From Candidatus Cloacimonadales bacterium (lineage in GTDB: Bacteria; Cloacimonadota; Cloacimonadia; Cloacimonadales; JAFGVF01), in assembly GCA_963677495.2 (NCBI GenBank), contig CAXXOU010000001.1, positions 768,001-832,000 of the forward strand: DNA of 64,000 nucleotides, written 5' to 3'. Position 1 is the first letter of the stretch. Every line of letters starts with the position of its first letter. The notes beneath the pieces are model-generated. The model made no database searches. It saw nothing but the letters and a program-made list of their open reading frames with translations, and was not told the DNA's origin. A program made the position numbers and the translations under genes. Positions 48,701 through 58,554 of the stretch are shown here, piece after piece.

Positions 48701-49055
48701 TAATGATGGTGCTTGGGATGCTAATGGTGATAATCCAAGCTTTGAATTTAATTCTCCAGGTAGATATGATGTTGTTCTTAGGCTTGAGAAATCCTCATGG
48801 AGTGACACTTTGATTGTTGAGGATTGCATTATTGTTACAGACAATCAACTTGATTCTGTTTCCAACCCAATAATCACATCCACTGAGTTGAACTGGGACA
48901 ATGACACGAATGCAGAATACTATCTTATATATTCTAGTGAAAACCCTTATTCAAACTTCGGTTTCTATGATTATACAACAAGTAATCAAACTCTTATCTC
49001 TGATACTGAAGAGAAGATTTTCTTCCAGATTAAGAAAGTCATGACTAATCCCTAG
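45705..49055 (+). CDS. Secreted C25 (gingipain-family) cysteine peptidase with beta-helix and PKD domains
   Basis: Propeptide GEPAIP; YVLMGGD; SIGR; catalytic HIGHG and QAC; LFGDP; SPCIDTG..DMGA; WDFDNDG PKD; short Fn3-like tail. Confidence 0.88.
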   Translation: MVTMKKIYFVIYILTHVVITIQSIRIDINFSSLQPNVLSEINKDFKYPEKIGEPAIPFVSKQIVLPFGHRIKEINYTSSNDYVEIDFQIPPIQPNATFTHGTFSYEFDNDIYSQNEYYPNSPYELMGVHRKNGVDIAVIRIYQYQYNPINEDLIAHKNLALSIQTEYLQEIATEQSKMLLNPDKLSASLSALNLENSELISTYFNQNQNSNNHRTSLVSPSNPYKYIIISPSNYSTEWATFINHKANLGVNVEVFLTSDIYANYSGRDNAEKVRNFIIDAYTSWSGTATPLEYVLMGGDFQEVPVRYVKVTSYYNSAWNQNSLICDQYFSNLDGDWDNDADNRFGEGDSSLHIEATGTAGDEADYLAELSIGRASSDDVVYLQNWINKTITYENSIIGADYLKRTGLIGEYLGGGAWGGDHQDEIETFIPDFYTTKLYANDGSFNKTNVTNLINNGVNIISHIGHGRSSNVLSLYEGDVDTLLTNTDYCFIYTQACGTANIGYINAIGEILTKYPHGAFAYIGNTHYGFYSSFFNQGSNQLCNREFFDAIMNEGIVELGRANTDSKEDIIDLVGTVGTMRQTYLELMLFGDPILTLHKDVATLSAEQTGSTEVTLHLDDFTPDNTAYSGTYTVYERDNSSSVIGVSNISVSGSDIILSLSSAIPEGIPFSVDISGITGVSGVLTKNIAMLSNIIELSVITNDTWTISNSPYYVYKYLFVKNSLNIEPGVEVRVNSDIGIYIYDNGNLNASGTQENPIIFSSYDPTSTVEGDWVDITFHESCATSGNSLSHCIVKNASSGVWVDSTAVVSISDCMIINSPDYGFYSYYGNQTLSNTIIAFNNGSVGENGVYFEGVNSVVSNLTFSGNDIADFTVIDSDLQITNSIIRGLNGSIIDTGSTLQIDYSNIDGGYPGTGNIDMDPMFNDPDSNDYSLDANSPCIDTGDEGDDSDPDDTIPDMGAVYYDHPISFSALFTRGDAPIDVSFTNESEGSPTLIQWDFDNDGAWDANGDNPSFEFNSPGRYDVVLRLEKSSWSDTLIVEDCIIVTDNQLDSVSNPIITSTELNWDNDTNAEYYLIYSSENPYSNFGFYDYTTSNQTLISDTEEKIFFQIKKVMTNP

Positions 49056-49123
49056 TAAAAAAACATTGTAAGAGTAGGAATCCTAAATAAACTGTAATCA
49101 ACAATACTAAAGGTAATAAAAAT

Positions 49124-50506
49124 ATGCGTAAAGAAAATGATGCTTTAGGTGAAGTATATATAGACGACGATAAGTATTGGGGAGTTCAAACACAAAGAGC
49201 TATTGAGAACTTTAATGTCTCAAGTCTCAGATTCCCTAAAATTTTCTATAAAGCTTTGGCTGAAGTTAAACTGGCTGCTTTAAGAACCAATTATAGACTT
49301 GGATATATAGATGACGACAAGTTTGAAGCTATCACAAGTGCTATCCTTGAAATTATTGATGGAGATCATGCAGACCAATTTCAACTAGATGCCTTACAAG
49401 GCGGTGCAGGGACTTCATCAAACATGAATATGAATGAAGTTATTGCAAACCTGGCCATAAAATATATAAATGAGGAATTAGGTAATTCTAGCTCTATACA
49501 ACCTTTGCATGACATAAATATGCATCAATCCACTAATGATGTATTCCCAACAGCGACAAGAATTGCATTGTTATACCTCTTAAAAGATTTAGAGTTATCT
49601 ACCGGTAAACTTCAGGAGGAACTGCAAAAGAAAGAGCAGAAATTTCACCACACTGTCAAACTTGGTAGAACTCAGTTACAAGACGCTGTTCCAATGACAT
49701 TAGGCCAGGAGTTTAGTGCCTACTCTGAAGCTCTTGCCAGAGATCGATGGAGAATTTTCAAGTGTAGAGAAAGAATCAAGGTTATCAACTTAGGTGGAAC
49801 TGCTATAGGAACCGGTTTAGGTGCTCCACGTGAGTATATATTCAAAGTAGTGGAAGCATTGAAAGAGATAACAGGATTAACAATAGCCCGTAGTGAGAAT
49901 CCCATAGAAACTACACAGAATCTTGACCCATTCGTTGAAGTCTCCGGCATGCTAAAAACTCTTGCTGTTAATCTAATGAAGATTGCTAATGACTTAAGAA
50001 TCCTAGCATCTGGTCCACAAGGTGGAGTAGGTGAGATTATTCTACCTGCAAGACAAGCAGGATCATCTATTATGCCCACTAAGATAAACCCTGTGATCCC
50101 TGAGATGGTGGTTCAAGCTTCATTAAAGGTTATGGGTAACGATTCAGTCTTAACAACAGCCTCTGCTTTGGGGAACCTTGAACTAAATCACCTTTTCCCA
50201 TTAATAACTCAAACCATTCTTGAATCTGCAGAGATTCTTAATAATACTTGTAATATCTTTGCTGACTTCTGTATTTCAGGCATAAAAGCAAATGAAGAGA
50301 AGTGCAACGAACACTTAATGAAGGGATCAATCATGGCAACAGTATTAGTTCCGGAACTTGGGTATAAGAAAGTCGAAGAACTGCTTCTTGAGTCAAAAGA
50401 AAAAGACGTTAACATAACAGACCTGATTGTCGAAAAGAGCTTAATGTCTAAAGATGAGATTAACAAACTTTTCGAACCGGGAAGAATGTATAAATTAGGA
50501 TTTTAA
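49124..50506 (+). CDS. aspA: Aspartate ammonia-lyase
   Basis: GVQTQRA.ENF, GGAGTS.NMN.NEV, QSTND, GRTQLQDA and GSSIMPTKINP fumarase/aspartase signature. Confidence 0.88.
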   Translation: MRKENDALGEVYIDDDKYWGVQTQRAIENFNVSSLRFPKIFYKALAEVKLAALRTNYRLGYIDDDKFEAITSAILEIIDGDHADQFQLDALQGGAGTSSNMNMNEVIANLAIKYINEELGNSSSIQPLHDINMHQSTNDVFPTATRIALLYLLKDLELSTGKLQEELQKKEQKFHHTVKLGRTQLQDAVPMTLGQEFSAYSEALARDRWRIFKCRERIKVINLGGTAIGTGLGAPREYIFKVVEALKEITGLTIARSENPIETTQNLDPFVEVSGMLKTLAVNLMKIANDLRILASGPQGGVGEIILPARQAGSSIMPTKINPVIPEMVVQASLKVMGNDSVLTTASALGNLELNHLFPLITQTILESAEILNNTCNIFADFCISGIKANEEKCNEHLMKGSIMATVLVPELGYKKVEELLLESKEKDVNITDLIVEKSLMSKDEINKLFEPGRMYKLGF

Positions 50507-50517
50507 AGGAAATATAA

Positions 50518-51717
50518 ATGGCAAAAGTACCACGTGGGGAACGTCTAGTTCTCACTCTGATTGGAAAACGTAATGCAGGAAAATCATCACTCATTAATGC
50601 TCTAACCGGGCAAAACATATCTATTGTGTCAGACACACCTGGAACTACAACTGATCCGGTAGCCAAAGCTTATGAACTTCTTCCTCTTGGTCCGGTAACT
50701 ATTTATGATACTGCAGGTGTGGATGATGTTGGTGACTTAGGTGAAGAGAGAGTTAAAAGAACTCGTAAAATCCTCTTCCGTACAGACATTGCTATTATTG
50801 TAACTGAATCAACTGAAGTTGATGATGGGCTCAATGAACTTATTGCAAGCGTAAACAAACTTAAGATTCCATATATTGTTGTTTTTAATAAAGCTGATGT
50901 TAATCAACTTCCAAAAGAAACTAAAGACTACTGTAAAGAGAATAAGATAAATTTCATATCTGTATCTAGCTCAGAGGGCAAAGGTGTCAGAATGCTTAAA
51001 GAGAAGCTTATGATGCTAGCACCATCTGAGATGATAAAAGAGCAGGTTTTAGTTAGTGATCTTATACGCCCTTCTCAAACTGTGTTATTAGTGGTTCCCA
51101 TCGATCTCGCAGCACCGAAAGGCAGACTCATTCTGCCACAAGTACAGGTCTTAAGAGAAGTTTTAGATAGTGATGCAATAGGAATTATTGTTAAAGAACG
51201 TGAACTTGAACATTCAATCACTGAACTAAAACGTGAACCTGACCTCGTTATTACCGATTCTCAGGTAGTTCTCAAAGTAGTTGGAGATCTGGACCCTGAT
51301 ATCAAATTAACCACATTCTCGACCCTCTTTGCTCGCTATAAAGGCAATTTTGAGACTTTGATCGATGGTGCAAAGATGATTGATGAACTACAAGATGGAG
51401 ATAGAGTCCTTATTGCTGAATCATGTTCTCATCACGTACAACCTGACGATATAGGCAGAGTAAAGATTCCTCGTTGGATTAGACAATATACCGGTAAAGA
51501 TATTAAGTTTGAAGTAGCAGCAGGACACGACTTTCCGGAAGACTTGGAAGACTTCGCATTGGTTATGCATTGTGGTGCTTGTATGACAAATAGAATGGAA
51601 GTCAAACGCAGGATTCTTGAATGCGAAAGAAGGGGAGTTAAGATTACCAATTACGGAATCGCTATTTCAAAGCTACACGGAGTATTAGATAGAGTTATTG
51701 CTCCATTCTTTAGTTAG
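50518..51717 (+). CDS. hydF: [FeFe]-hydrogenase H-cluster maturation GTPase
   Basis: GKRNAGKSS, GTTTDPV, DTAG, NKAD, APKGRLILPQ, CSHH and HCGAC cluster ligands. Confidence 0.96.
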   Translation: MAKVPRGERLVLTLIGKRNAGKSSLINALTGQNISIVSDTPGTTTDPVAKAYELLPLGPVTIYDTAGVDDVGDLGEERVKRTRKILFRTDIAIIVTESTEVDDGLNELIASVNKLKIPYIVVFNKADVNQLPKETKDYCKENKINFISVSSSEGKGVRMLKEKLMMLAPSEMIKEQVLVSDLIRPSQTVLLVVPIDLAAPKGRLILPQVQVLREVLDSDAIGIIVKERELEHSITELKREPDLVITDSQVVLKVVGDLDPDIKLTTFSTLFARYKGNFETLIDGAKMIDELQDGDRVLIAESCSHHVQPDDIGRVKIPRWIRQYTGKDIKFEVAAGHDFPEDLEDFALVMHCGACMTNRMEVKRRILECERRGVKITNYGIAISKLHGVLDRVIAPFFS

Positions 51718-53356
51718 AAATTTGTAGTTTCCTAATAATGCTCTTTCGATGTATCTCGGAAAAGGCGTTTAAGGTATAATCTCCTGCTGATATGTATTCA
51801 GAGTTATCCATCTGACCATCCCAACGCTCTATGGTCTTGCCTTTTGGATACCATCTATACTTTGAGTAGAGTGTATAACCGTTTGTTGCTTTTATCTTCC
51901 ATTCGATGTGACAGCTAACATCTGTTGTAACAACGATTGAGTATTTATCATTCATTGGTTTAACTACAATGTTGAAATCTTTCCCATTGAGTCTTTCAGG
52001 TTCCTCAACCTTCTTTACTTTCGGTTGAGGAATCTCTTTCTTTTCGACAACCTGTTTCTCCACCACTACCGGTTTAGGCTCGGGCTTTACCTCTTCGACC
52101 TTCACAACCTCAAGCTTAGGTTCAGGTTTACGTTTCTCAACTTTTTCTACTTCAGGCATAACCTCATTTTTCTTATCAACCAAAACTTCTTCTTTTATCG
52201 GTTCTGGTGTTGGTGTAGAAGCTTCCTTATTGACGACTATTGGTTCAAATACTACTTCTCTATCACCATCGTTATAGCAGCTTTTCTTCAATCTGCCAAA
52301 GTATTTCTTAAGTAGATCTCCGTAAGAGAAAAGTGATATGCCGGCATACTCATTATCTCTAACTTCAAATATATTCTGCTCAATTTTAACTAACGGGAAG
52401 TCTCTCTTCTTGTGCCCATTAAAAGCTCTGAGCCCTACAACGATTTTATCTTTATGCTTAAGGTTCTCTGCTTTTCCCAAGAAAGATGACACCTTGATTG
52501 TGCTTGTTGAATAAACCATGGGGTAAACATAATCAACATATCCTCTATCCAACCATTCAATCCATCTTTGGGAATATTCATTAACAGCTCTATCATAATC
52601 AGAGACAACAGCTACTGAAAGAGTTTTCTCATTGTCTGCATGTTTAATCTTTTGCTGTAACTCTTTAAGAAGCAAGTTTAGCTGAAGTATCTTCCACTCA
52701 TTAAAGCTAACATTTCTCTCTTCTGCTTTAAAGTACTTCCACTCTTTCATAGCATCAGCATTGTATCCATACTTCTTACCCGGATATCTAAAATAATCGA
52801 GATGTATTCCATTCAATTCAGGATAGTTAACAACAATATCCATTATTCCATCTTTGATATAATCCTGAACAAACGGGTTTCCCGGATCGAGGAAGTAGCC
52901 CTCGCCCTTTACTAAACCCTTATCAGACTTTCCTCTCTGATTTGTGAACCATTTAGACCTTGTGAAATATATATGATTCTTTGGTAAACGACTAATATCT
53001 ATAGGCGCTGCTACATATACAGGTAACCATGCATGTACTTCAATCCCTTGTCCCTTAGTTCTATCCAGAAGGTACTGCAAAGCATCAAAAGATTTGTCCT
53101 CCAAGAGATAACTTTTGGGATCAGGATTATAGTAAGTATTATCCGTTTTGTTTGGTGTGTACAAAGCATCAGCACGGTAACGGACTTCTGCTAATATTGT
53201 ATTCTGATTGTGGAGAATTACATCCCTTACAAGATTATCAATCTTATGTGGTGTATCTATCTCCCAAGAAGTTGCCCACACAGCTCTAATCTCTTCCGAA
53301 GATAGGCTAAGTATTGCCATTAGAATTAACAGAGTTACATATATTCTCTTTATCAT
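51710..53356 (-). CDS. Secreted GHL10/DUF187 glycoside hydrolase-like protein with P/E/K-rich linker and FlgD-like tail
   Basis: EIRAVW, VHAW, LDPGNP, GIHLDYFRYP, PMVY; low-complexity linker; WDG..DN....AGDY. Confidence 0.82.
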   Translation of the reverse strand: MIKRIYVTLLILMAILSLSSEEIRAVWATSWEIDTPHKIDNLVRDVILHNQNTILAEVRYRADALYTPNKTDNTYYNPDPKSYLLEDKSFDALQYLLDRTKGQGIEVHAWLPVYVAAPIDISRLPKNHIYFTRSKWFTNQRGKSDKGLVKGEGYFLDPGNPFVQDYIKDGIMDIVVNYPELNGIHLDYFRYPGKKYGYNADAMKEWKYFKAEERNVSFNEWKILQLNLLLKELQQKIKHADNEKTLSVAVVSDYDRAVNEYSQRWIEWLDRGYVDYVYPMVYSTSTIKVSSFLGKAENLKHKDKIVVGLRAFNGHKKRDFPLVKIEQNIFEVRDNEYAGISLFSYGDLLKKYFGRLKKSCYNDGDREVVFEPIVVNKEASTPTPEPIKEEVLVDKKNEVMPEVEKVEKRKPEPKLEVVKVEEVKPEPKPVVVEKQVVEKKEIPQPKVKKVEEPERLNGKDFNIVVKPMNDKYSIVVTTDVSCHIEWKIKATNGYTLYSKYRWYPKGKTIERWDGQMDNSEYISAGDYTLNAFSEIHRKSIIRKLQISN

Positions 53357-54699
53357 TTAGTCTCACTCTTTTTATCAACAGTACAACTCAGACTTCCATC
53401 ACTTAATGTGACTTCTACAGCCTCTCCAATCTCAATTGATGATATAGACTTAAGCACTTTCTGCTCTTTGTGAAGCATGGCAAACCCTCTATCAAAAGCT
53501 TTCTGAGGTGAAAGAGACGAAAGAACTGTATCAACTTCTGAAATTTTATGACGGTAACCCTGCACAATGGAGTCTCCATCATGTTTAAAGCGTATCTTTA
53601 GATCATTAAGTTTGTACTTGTAGTCCTTTAATTTGTCCTGAGTAACCTTCTGCCCAAGTAACATAAAATGTTTCTCAATAGCCCTAATATCTTCTTTCTT
53701 TTGTCTAATCCTCCTCGAGAAGTATGTCAGACGTAAAACAGCTTCATCCAGTCTTTGCTGTTTAGTTTGAAGATTACTAATCGGGTTATGTGTTTCCACC
53801 TTCCTACCCAGTTCGCTAACCTTGATTCTAAGCTTCATCAACTCACGTTTCATTACAGTGTCTATTCGTGATTGCTTATCATTCAAGGCCCTTATTAGTT
53901 CTTGTGAATCTGGCACTGCAAGTTCTGCAGCAGCAGAAGGAGTTGGAGCTCTTAAGTCGGAGACAAAGTCTGCAATTGTAAAGTCAATTTCATGCCCGAT
54001 ACCTGTAATAATCGGTATCTTTGAATTGAATATTTCTCTTGCAAGCCTTTCATCATTAAAACAGAACAGGTCTTCCTGAGAACCTCCTCCGCGACCAAGA
54101 ATTATGAGCTCTACAGTTGGGAAGTTATTGAAAAATCTCACACCTTTCACAAGTGTTTCAGGAGCAGTCTCTCCTTGTGTTAGCGCAGGATACAATACAA
54201 CTTCAACAGGTAACCTTCGCTTCAGCACATTGCATATGTCCTGAAATGCAGCACCGGTTGGTGAGGTTACAACTCCGACACGATGTGGAAACTTAGGAAT
54301 TGGTTTCTTATGTTCTTCATCAAACAACCCTTCAGAAAGAAGTTTTGCTTTCAGTTTCTCAAACTCTAGTTGTAGCAATCCCTTTCCGGATGAGTACATC
54401 TTGGTCACATTTAGCTGATATTGACCGCTAGGTTCATAAACTGTCAGTTTACCTGCAATTATGACCTTATCACCATTCTTGGGCTTGAAATCAAGATATC
54501 TATTTGCATTTCTAAAGAACACACACCGTAAAGTGCTGCTAACATCTTTAATACTAAAATAGATGTGACCTGACCTATGATGAGTGTAGTTCGCTATTTC
54601 ACCCTCTACGAATAATGATGAAAGATTACCCTCAATTATATGCTTAACATGACTGTTTATTTCACTTACTGTAAATACTTCTTCCGGTTTTATTGCCAA
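53353..54699 (-). CDS. xseA: Exodeoxyribonuclease VII large subunit
   Basis: VEGEIAN, SGHIYF, VVTSPTGAA, RGGGS.EDL..FN, GIGHEID, RAPTPSAAAE; probable TTG start at 54699 (ORF track start 54756). Confidence 0.96.
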   Translation of the reverse strand: MAIKPEEVFTVSEINSHVKHIIEGNLSSLFVEGEIANYTHHRSGHIYFSIKDVSSTLRCVFFRNANRYLDFKPKNGDKVIIAGKLTVYEPSGQYQLNVTKMYSSGKGLLQLEFEKLKAKLLSEGLFDEEHKKPIPKFPHRVGVVTSPTGAAFQDICNVLKRRLPVEVVLYPALTQGETAPETLVKGVRFFNNFPTVELIILGRGGGSQEDLFCFNDERLAREIFNSKIPIITGIGHEIDFTIADFVSDLRAPTPSAAAELAVPDSQELIRALNDKQSRIDTVMKRELMKLRIKVSELGRKVETHNPISNLQTKQQRLDEAVLRLTYFSRRIRQKKEDIRAIEKHFMLLGQKVTQDKLKDYKYKLNDLKIRFKHDGDSIVQGYRHKISEVDTVLSSLSPQKAFDRGFAMLHKEQKVLKSISSIEIGEAVEVTLSDGSLSCTVDKKSETK

Positions 54700-54868
54700 A
54701 ATTCTTCTCCATTCCTCACTTATTACATACCATCTATTAATATATAATAAAGTCAAGCATTCATTATTATATCATGCGTAAATCCCTAAGCTTAATCTAT
54801 TTTTTCCCCTTTTTTCTCGTTTTTAACTCCAATTTTCATGATTTTCTCCCAAAATTGCCCTGCTTCTT

Positions 54869-55020
54869 CCCTTCCAGTCCCCTGACATGGAAAGGTGTTT
54901 CAAAGGTCTCCCACAGGTGACCCTCTCGTGACCCTCTCGTGGAAAGGCTAAAGTTATTCACATCGTGTGGATAACTTGAATATTTATGGAAAACTTGTCA
55001 TAAGCACGGGACTGGAAGGG
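54869..55020. repeat. About 150-bp element with 13-bp terminal inverted repeats, 11-bp repeats and a DnaA-box-like pair
   Basis: cccttccagtccc 54869-54881 / gggactggaaggg 55008-55020; gtgaccctctc twice; TTATTCACA 54954-54962 and TGTGGATAA 54966-54974. Confidence 0.72.
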
Positions 55021-55150
55021 TAGAGGAAGGCTCATTTCAAGTTTTTTTGTTGTACTATTCAGAAGGACTAAAGGGCATTGCAGGTAGAGAATAATTTCAC
55101 TTGCCAAAAATGTCTTTAGCTGTGATTAGTTTGGTAATGAAAATAGAAAG

Positions 55151-56053
55151 GTGTTTATGAGCTCATTTATCGTCAAAGTTTTGCCAATAATCCTAATCTT
55201 CTTAACCGGTTGGTTCACAAGAATGATTGGATTGTTCAAAATCAAAGATGGTGATTTCCTACTTAAGTTAGTTTTAAATATCACACTTCCCGCTTTGATT
55301 GTTGGGACTGCTCAAGACATTGTTTTTAAGAAAGAGTATATCTTTCTACCTTTAATAGCGGTAAGTGTTGTTTTACTAACTGCGGTTATTGCTCATATCA
55401 TTGGCAGACAACTCAAACTATCAACTCCTGCTTTAGGTAGTTTCTTATGTGGTTCAATGATTATGAACACCGGATTCTGTTTACCTTTCTTTCAAGCTGT
55501 GATGGGCAATGAAGGTGTTGTTCTTGCTAATCTTTTTGACCTTGGTAACACTTTCATGATATACACCTTTATATACATGCATGCTGTTAAGTTTGGGAAA
55601 GTCGGCAACGGAAAAACAGATTGGACTAAGCTTTTAAAGCTCCCTCCGCTTTGGGGATTGATAATCGGATTTGGGCTTAGTTTCATAGGTGTTGTAATCC
55701 CTGATTTCATACAGAAGTATCTGTTGTTGATTGGTTCACCAACTACTCCGCTAATTATGTTGTCATTAGGTATCTATTTTCATCCCCATTTAGCAAGGAT
55801 ACCCAAGGCATTAATAGCTGTACTTATCAGAATGGGACTCGGATTGGCTTTTGGGTTTACCGCAGTCAGTCTACTGAATATTCAGGGGATTGCCAGACAA
55901 ATAGTTATAATAAGCTGTGGAGCACCGATAGGGTTCAACACGATAGTGTTTGCTAACCTCGAGAGCCTTGACAAGGAGTTTGCCGCGACTATGGTATCGA
56001 TAGCCCTATTTTTAGGACTTGCATTAGTGCCACTTTTCTTGTATATTTTCTAG
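55151..56053 (+). CDS. AEC (auxin efflux carrier)-family transporter
   Basis: About 10 TM helices; ITLPALI, NTGF.LP, PPLWG and PLIMLSLG motifs. Confidence 0.88.
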   Translation: MFMSSFIVKVLPIILIFLTGWFTRMIGLFKIKDGDFLLKLVLNITLPALIVGTAQDIVFKKEYIFLPLIAVSVVLLTAVIAHIIGRQLKLSTPALGSFLCGSMIMNTGFCLPFFQAVMGNEGVVLANLFDLGNTFMIYTFIYMHAVKFGKVGNGKTDWTKLLKLPPLWGLIIGFGLSFIGVVIPDFIQKYLLLIGSPTTPLIMLSLGIYFHPHLARIPKALIAVLIRMGLGLAFGFTAVSLLNIQGIARQIVIISCGAPIGFNTIVFANLESLDKEFAATMVSIALFLGLALVPLFLYIF

Positions 56054-56063
56054 GAAATAAGAT

Positions 56064-56993
56064 ATGAAGGATTGTTTTATGAAAAGAATCATAGTTTTAT
56101 TATCAGTTTTAATTCTCTTAACAGCCTGTGGAGATATAACTCCATCCAAAGAGAGCATATTTGTTAGTATTCTACCACAGAAGTTTTTCGCTGAACGCAT
56201 AGTTGGAGACATTCTTGATGTTGAAGTCATGGTTGCACCCGGAAGTAGTCCTGCTACCTATGAGCCAACTCCAAGACAGATGAGTAAACTTGGTACAAGC
56301 AAGCTTTTCTATGCAATTGGAGTACCTTTTGAACGAGCTTGGATTCCTAAGATTCAAGAGAATTATCCAAACCTATTCATTGAAGACTTATCTGTTGGCA
56401 TTAGAAAAAGACCTGTGGATAAACCTGCTTCTCTAACTGAAGAGGAGCATAAACATATGCATCAGGGACACAAGCACCACCATGGCCATGAGCATCAGCA
56501 CGGAGCTAGAGATCCGCATGTATGGCTTGATCCTTTATATGCAAAAAAGATGAGTAAGACTATGTTTCTCTCACTGTCAAAGCAGTTCCCTGAGCATAAA
56601 GTTGTTTTTGAGCAGAATTATGAAAAGCTAGCTAAAGACCTGGAATCTTTGGATATTGAATTATCAAATGTTTTAGGTAATGTTGAAGACAAAAACTTAC
56701 TTGTGTTCCATCCTGCATGGGGATATTTAGCTGACAGATATGGATTCAGACAGATTCCTATTGAGATAGACAACAGAAATCCAACTGCAAAAGAGACAGC
56801 TGATACTATTGATTTTGCCAGAGAGAATAAGATTAAGATCATCTTCATTAACAGTCAGATAGACTCTTCTCAAGCAAAGAAGATTGCTCAGGAGATTGGT
56901 GCTAAAGTTGTTTCTATAGATCCACTTGCAGTGAACTATATAGAGAATCTGAAGCAGGTGAGTAGCATCATTTCAGGGAAAACTAGTGAATAA
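56064..56993 (+). CDS. znuA: Zinc ABC transporter substrate-binding lipoprotein
   Basis: Lipobox LTAC; His-rich loop; DPHVWL; HPAWGY. Confidence 0.9.
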   Translation: MKDCFMKRIIVLLSVLILLTACGDITPSKESIFVSILPQKFFAERIVGDILDVEVMVAPGSSPATYEPTPRQMSKLGTSKLFYAIGVPFERAWIPKIQENYPNLFIEDLSVGIRKRPVDKPASLTEEEHKHMHQGHKHHHGHEHQHGARDPHVWLDPLYAKKMSKTMFLSLSKQFPEHKVVFEQNYEKLAKDLESLDIELSNVLGNVEDKNLLVFHPAWGYLADRYGFRQIPIEIDNRNPTAKETADTIDFARENKIKIIFINSQIDSSQAKKIAQEIGAKVVSIDPLAVNYIENLKQVSSIISGKTSE

Positions 56994-57717
56994 AGAAGCT
57001 GCAGTAAAGCTTTCAAAAGTAAATTTCAGTTATAACTCACTTTCTGTATTAGAGGAAGTGAGTTTTGAGCTGGAACCTAATGATTTTGTTGCCATAGTTG
57101 GTCCCAACGGGGGCGGGAAAACCACTCTCGTGAAGCTCATTCTAGGGGAGCTTCAAGCTCAATCGGGAGAGGTTACTGTTCTAGGTGGTAATCCTCAGAT
57201 AATGTGTCAGAGAATCGGGTATGTACCCCAGTTCTCATCACACAATAAGCAGTACCCCATATCTGTATTTGATGTTGTTTTAAGTGGTGCTGTTAAAGCC
57301 AATTCGATTCTTCCATTCTATAGTAAATTGGAGAAGCAGAAAGCAAATAGTTTGCTTAAACAGATGAAAATAGCAGATTTAAAGAATAACCAGGTAAATG
57401 AGCTTTCCGGTGGACAGATGCAACGTATGCTAATTGCCAGAGCAATGATGACTGACCCGGACATCCTGATTCTTGACGAACCGACCGCAAGTGTCGATAT
57501 TGCAATGGAACAGGATATTTTTGAGCTACTACATGAGTTGAATAGCGATAAAACTATCCTTGTAATCTCACATAACGTGAGTTTTGTAAGTAAATATGCA
57601 AACAAAATTATATGCTTAAACCGTAAGCTCGTGATGCACAATACTTCGGATGTAACAAGTGATTCTCATGAGTCCGAATTGAATCAAACAGAGATCATCC
57701 ATCACTGCCAATTGTAG
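56986..57717 (+). CDS. znuC: Zinc ABC transporter ATPase
   Basis: GPNGGGKTT, IGYVPQ, LSGGQ, LDEPT. Confidence 0.9.
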   Translation: MNKEAAVKLSKVNFSYNSLSVLEEVSFELEPNDFVAIVGPNGGGKTTLVKLILGELQAQSGEVTVLGGNPQIMCQRIGYVPQFSSHNKQYPISVFDVVLSGAVKANSILPFYSKLEKQKANSLLKQMKIADLKNNQVNELSGGQMQRMLIARAMMTDPDILILDEPTASVDIAMEQDIFELLHELNSDKTILVISHNVSFVSKYANKIICLNRKLVMHNTSDVTSDSHESELNQTEIIHHCQL

Positions 57718-57723
57718 GGAGAT

Positions 57724-58554
57724 ATGCAACAACTATTATATGATTTAACACACTATCAGTTCTTAATAAATGCATTGCTAGCAAGTATTTTCTCAAGCAT
57801 AATATTGGGATTACTTGGACCTTTAATAGTTGTGAAGCGCATCTCATCTATTTGTGGAGGAATCGCTCATTCTGCGCTGGGAGGAATTGGTATAGCAGTG
57901 TTTCTTGGACTTTCACCTGTGCTTGGAGCATCAGCTGCTTCAGTTGTATCTGCTTTGATAATCAGCTATACAAAACTGAAAGGATCCCAGCATGAAGATA
58001 TTATTATCAGTGTTTTGTGGTCACTTGGTATGGCGTTAGGGTTGATATTTATTGCCCTTACGCCAGGTTATAAAGCCAATCTGATGACATATCTCTTCGG
58101 TAATATCCTCTTAGTTAATGATTCTGAGATTGTTATCGGATTATTTCTAAGCCTAACAGTCTTTACAATCATTTTCATTTTTTATAGGCAGTTCATTGCT
58201 CTAACCTTTGATGAAGAGTTCGTATCAGTCCGAAGGATTGGTAAAAATGGGTTCTTTACACTACTACTCTTATTAGTCTCAATTGCTGTAGTTACATTGA
58301 TAAAAATAACAGGTATGATTCTTGTAATTGCTTTGATGACACTTCCATCAGCAACCGCATTGCTATTAGCTAAAAAAATGAGTATAGTAATGGCATTGTC
58401 AGTGAGTTTGAGTCTTATCTACTGTTTGATTGGGATAATCGTTGGATACTTGCTTAATTTGCCTATTGGAGCGACTATTATAGTTGTCAGCAGTATTAGT
58501 TACTTTGCTCTATTGCTTTCAAAAAGACTTCTTTGTTGCAAGGGAAATAAATAG
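57724..58554 (+). CDS. znuB: Zinc ABC transporter permease
   Basis: GIAHSALGG, YLFGNIL and TFDEEF ABC-3 permease motifs. Confidence 0.9.
   Translation: MQQLLYDLTHYQFLINALLASIFSSIILGLLGPLIVVKRISSICGGIAHSALGGIGIAVFLGLSPVLGASAASVVSALIISYTKLKGSQHEDIIISVLWSLGMALGLIFIALTPGYKANLMTYLFGNILLVNDSEIVIGLFLSLTVFTIIFIFYRQFIALTFDEEFVSVRRIGKNGFFTLLLLLVSIAVVTLIKITGMILVIALMTLPSATALLLAKKMSIVMALSVSLSLIYCLIGIIVGYLLNLPIGATIIVVSSISYFALLLSKRLLCCKGNK

Noticed and set aside
52020..52240. Repetitive-looking DNA inside the GHL10 gene
   Set aside because: It encodes a Pro/Glu/Lys/Val-rich linker; not a DNA-level element.
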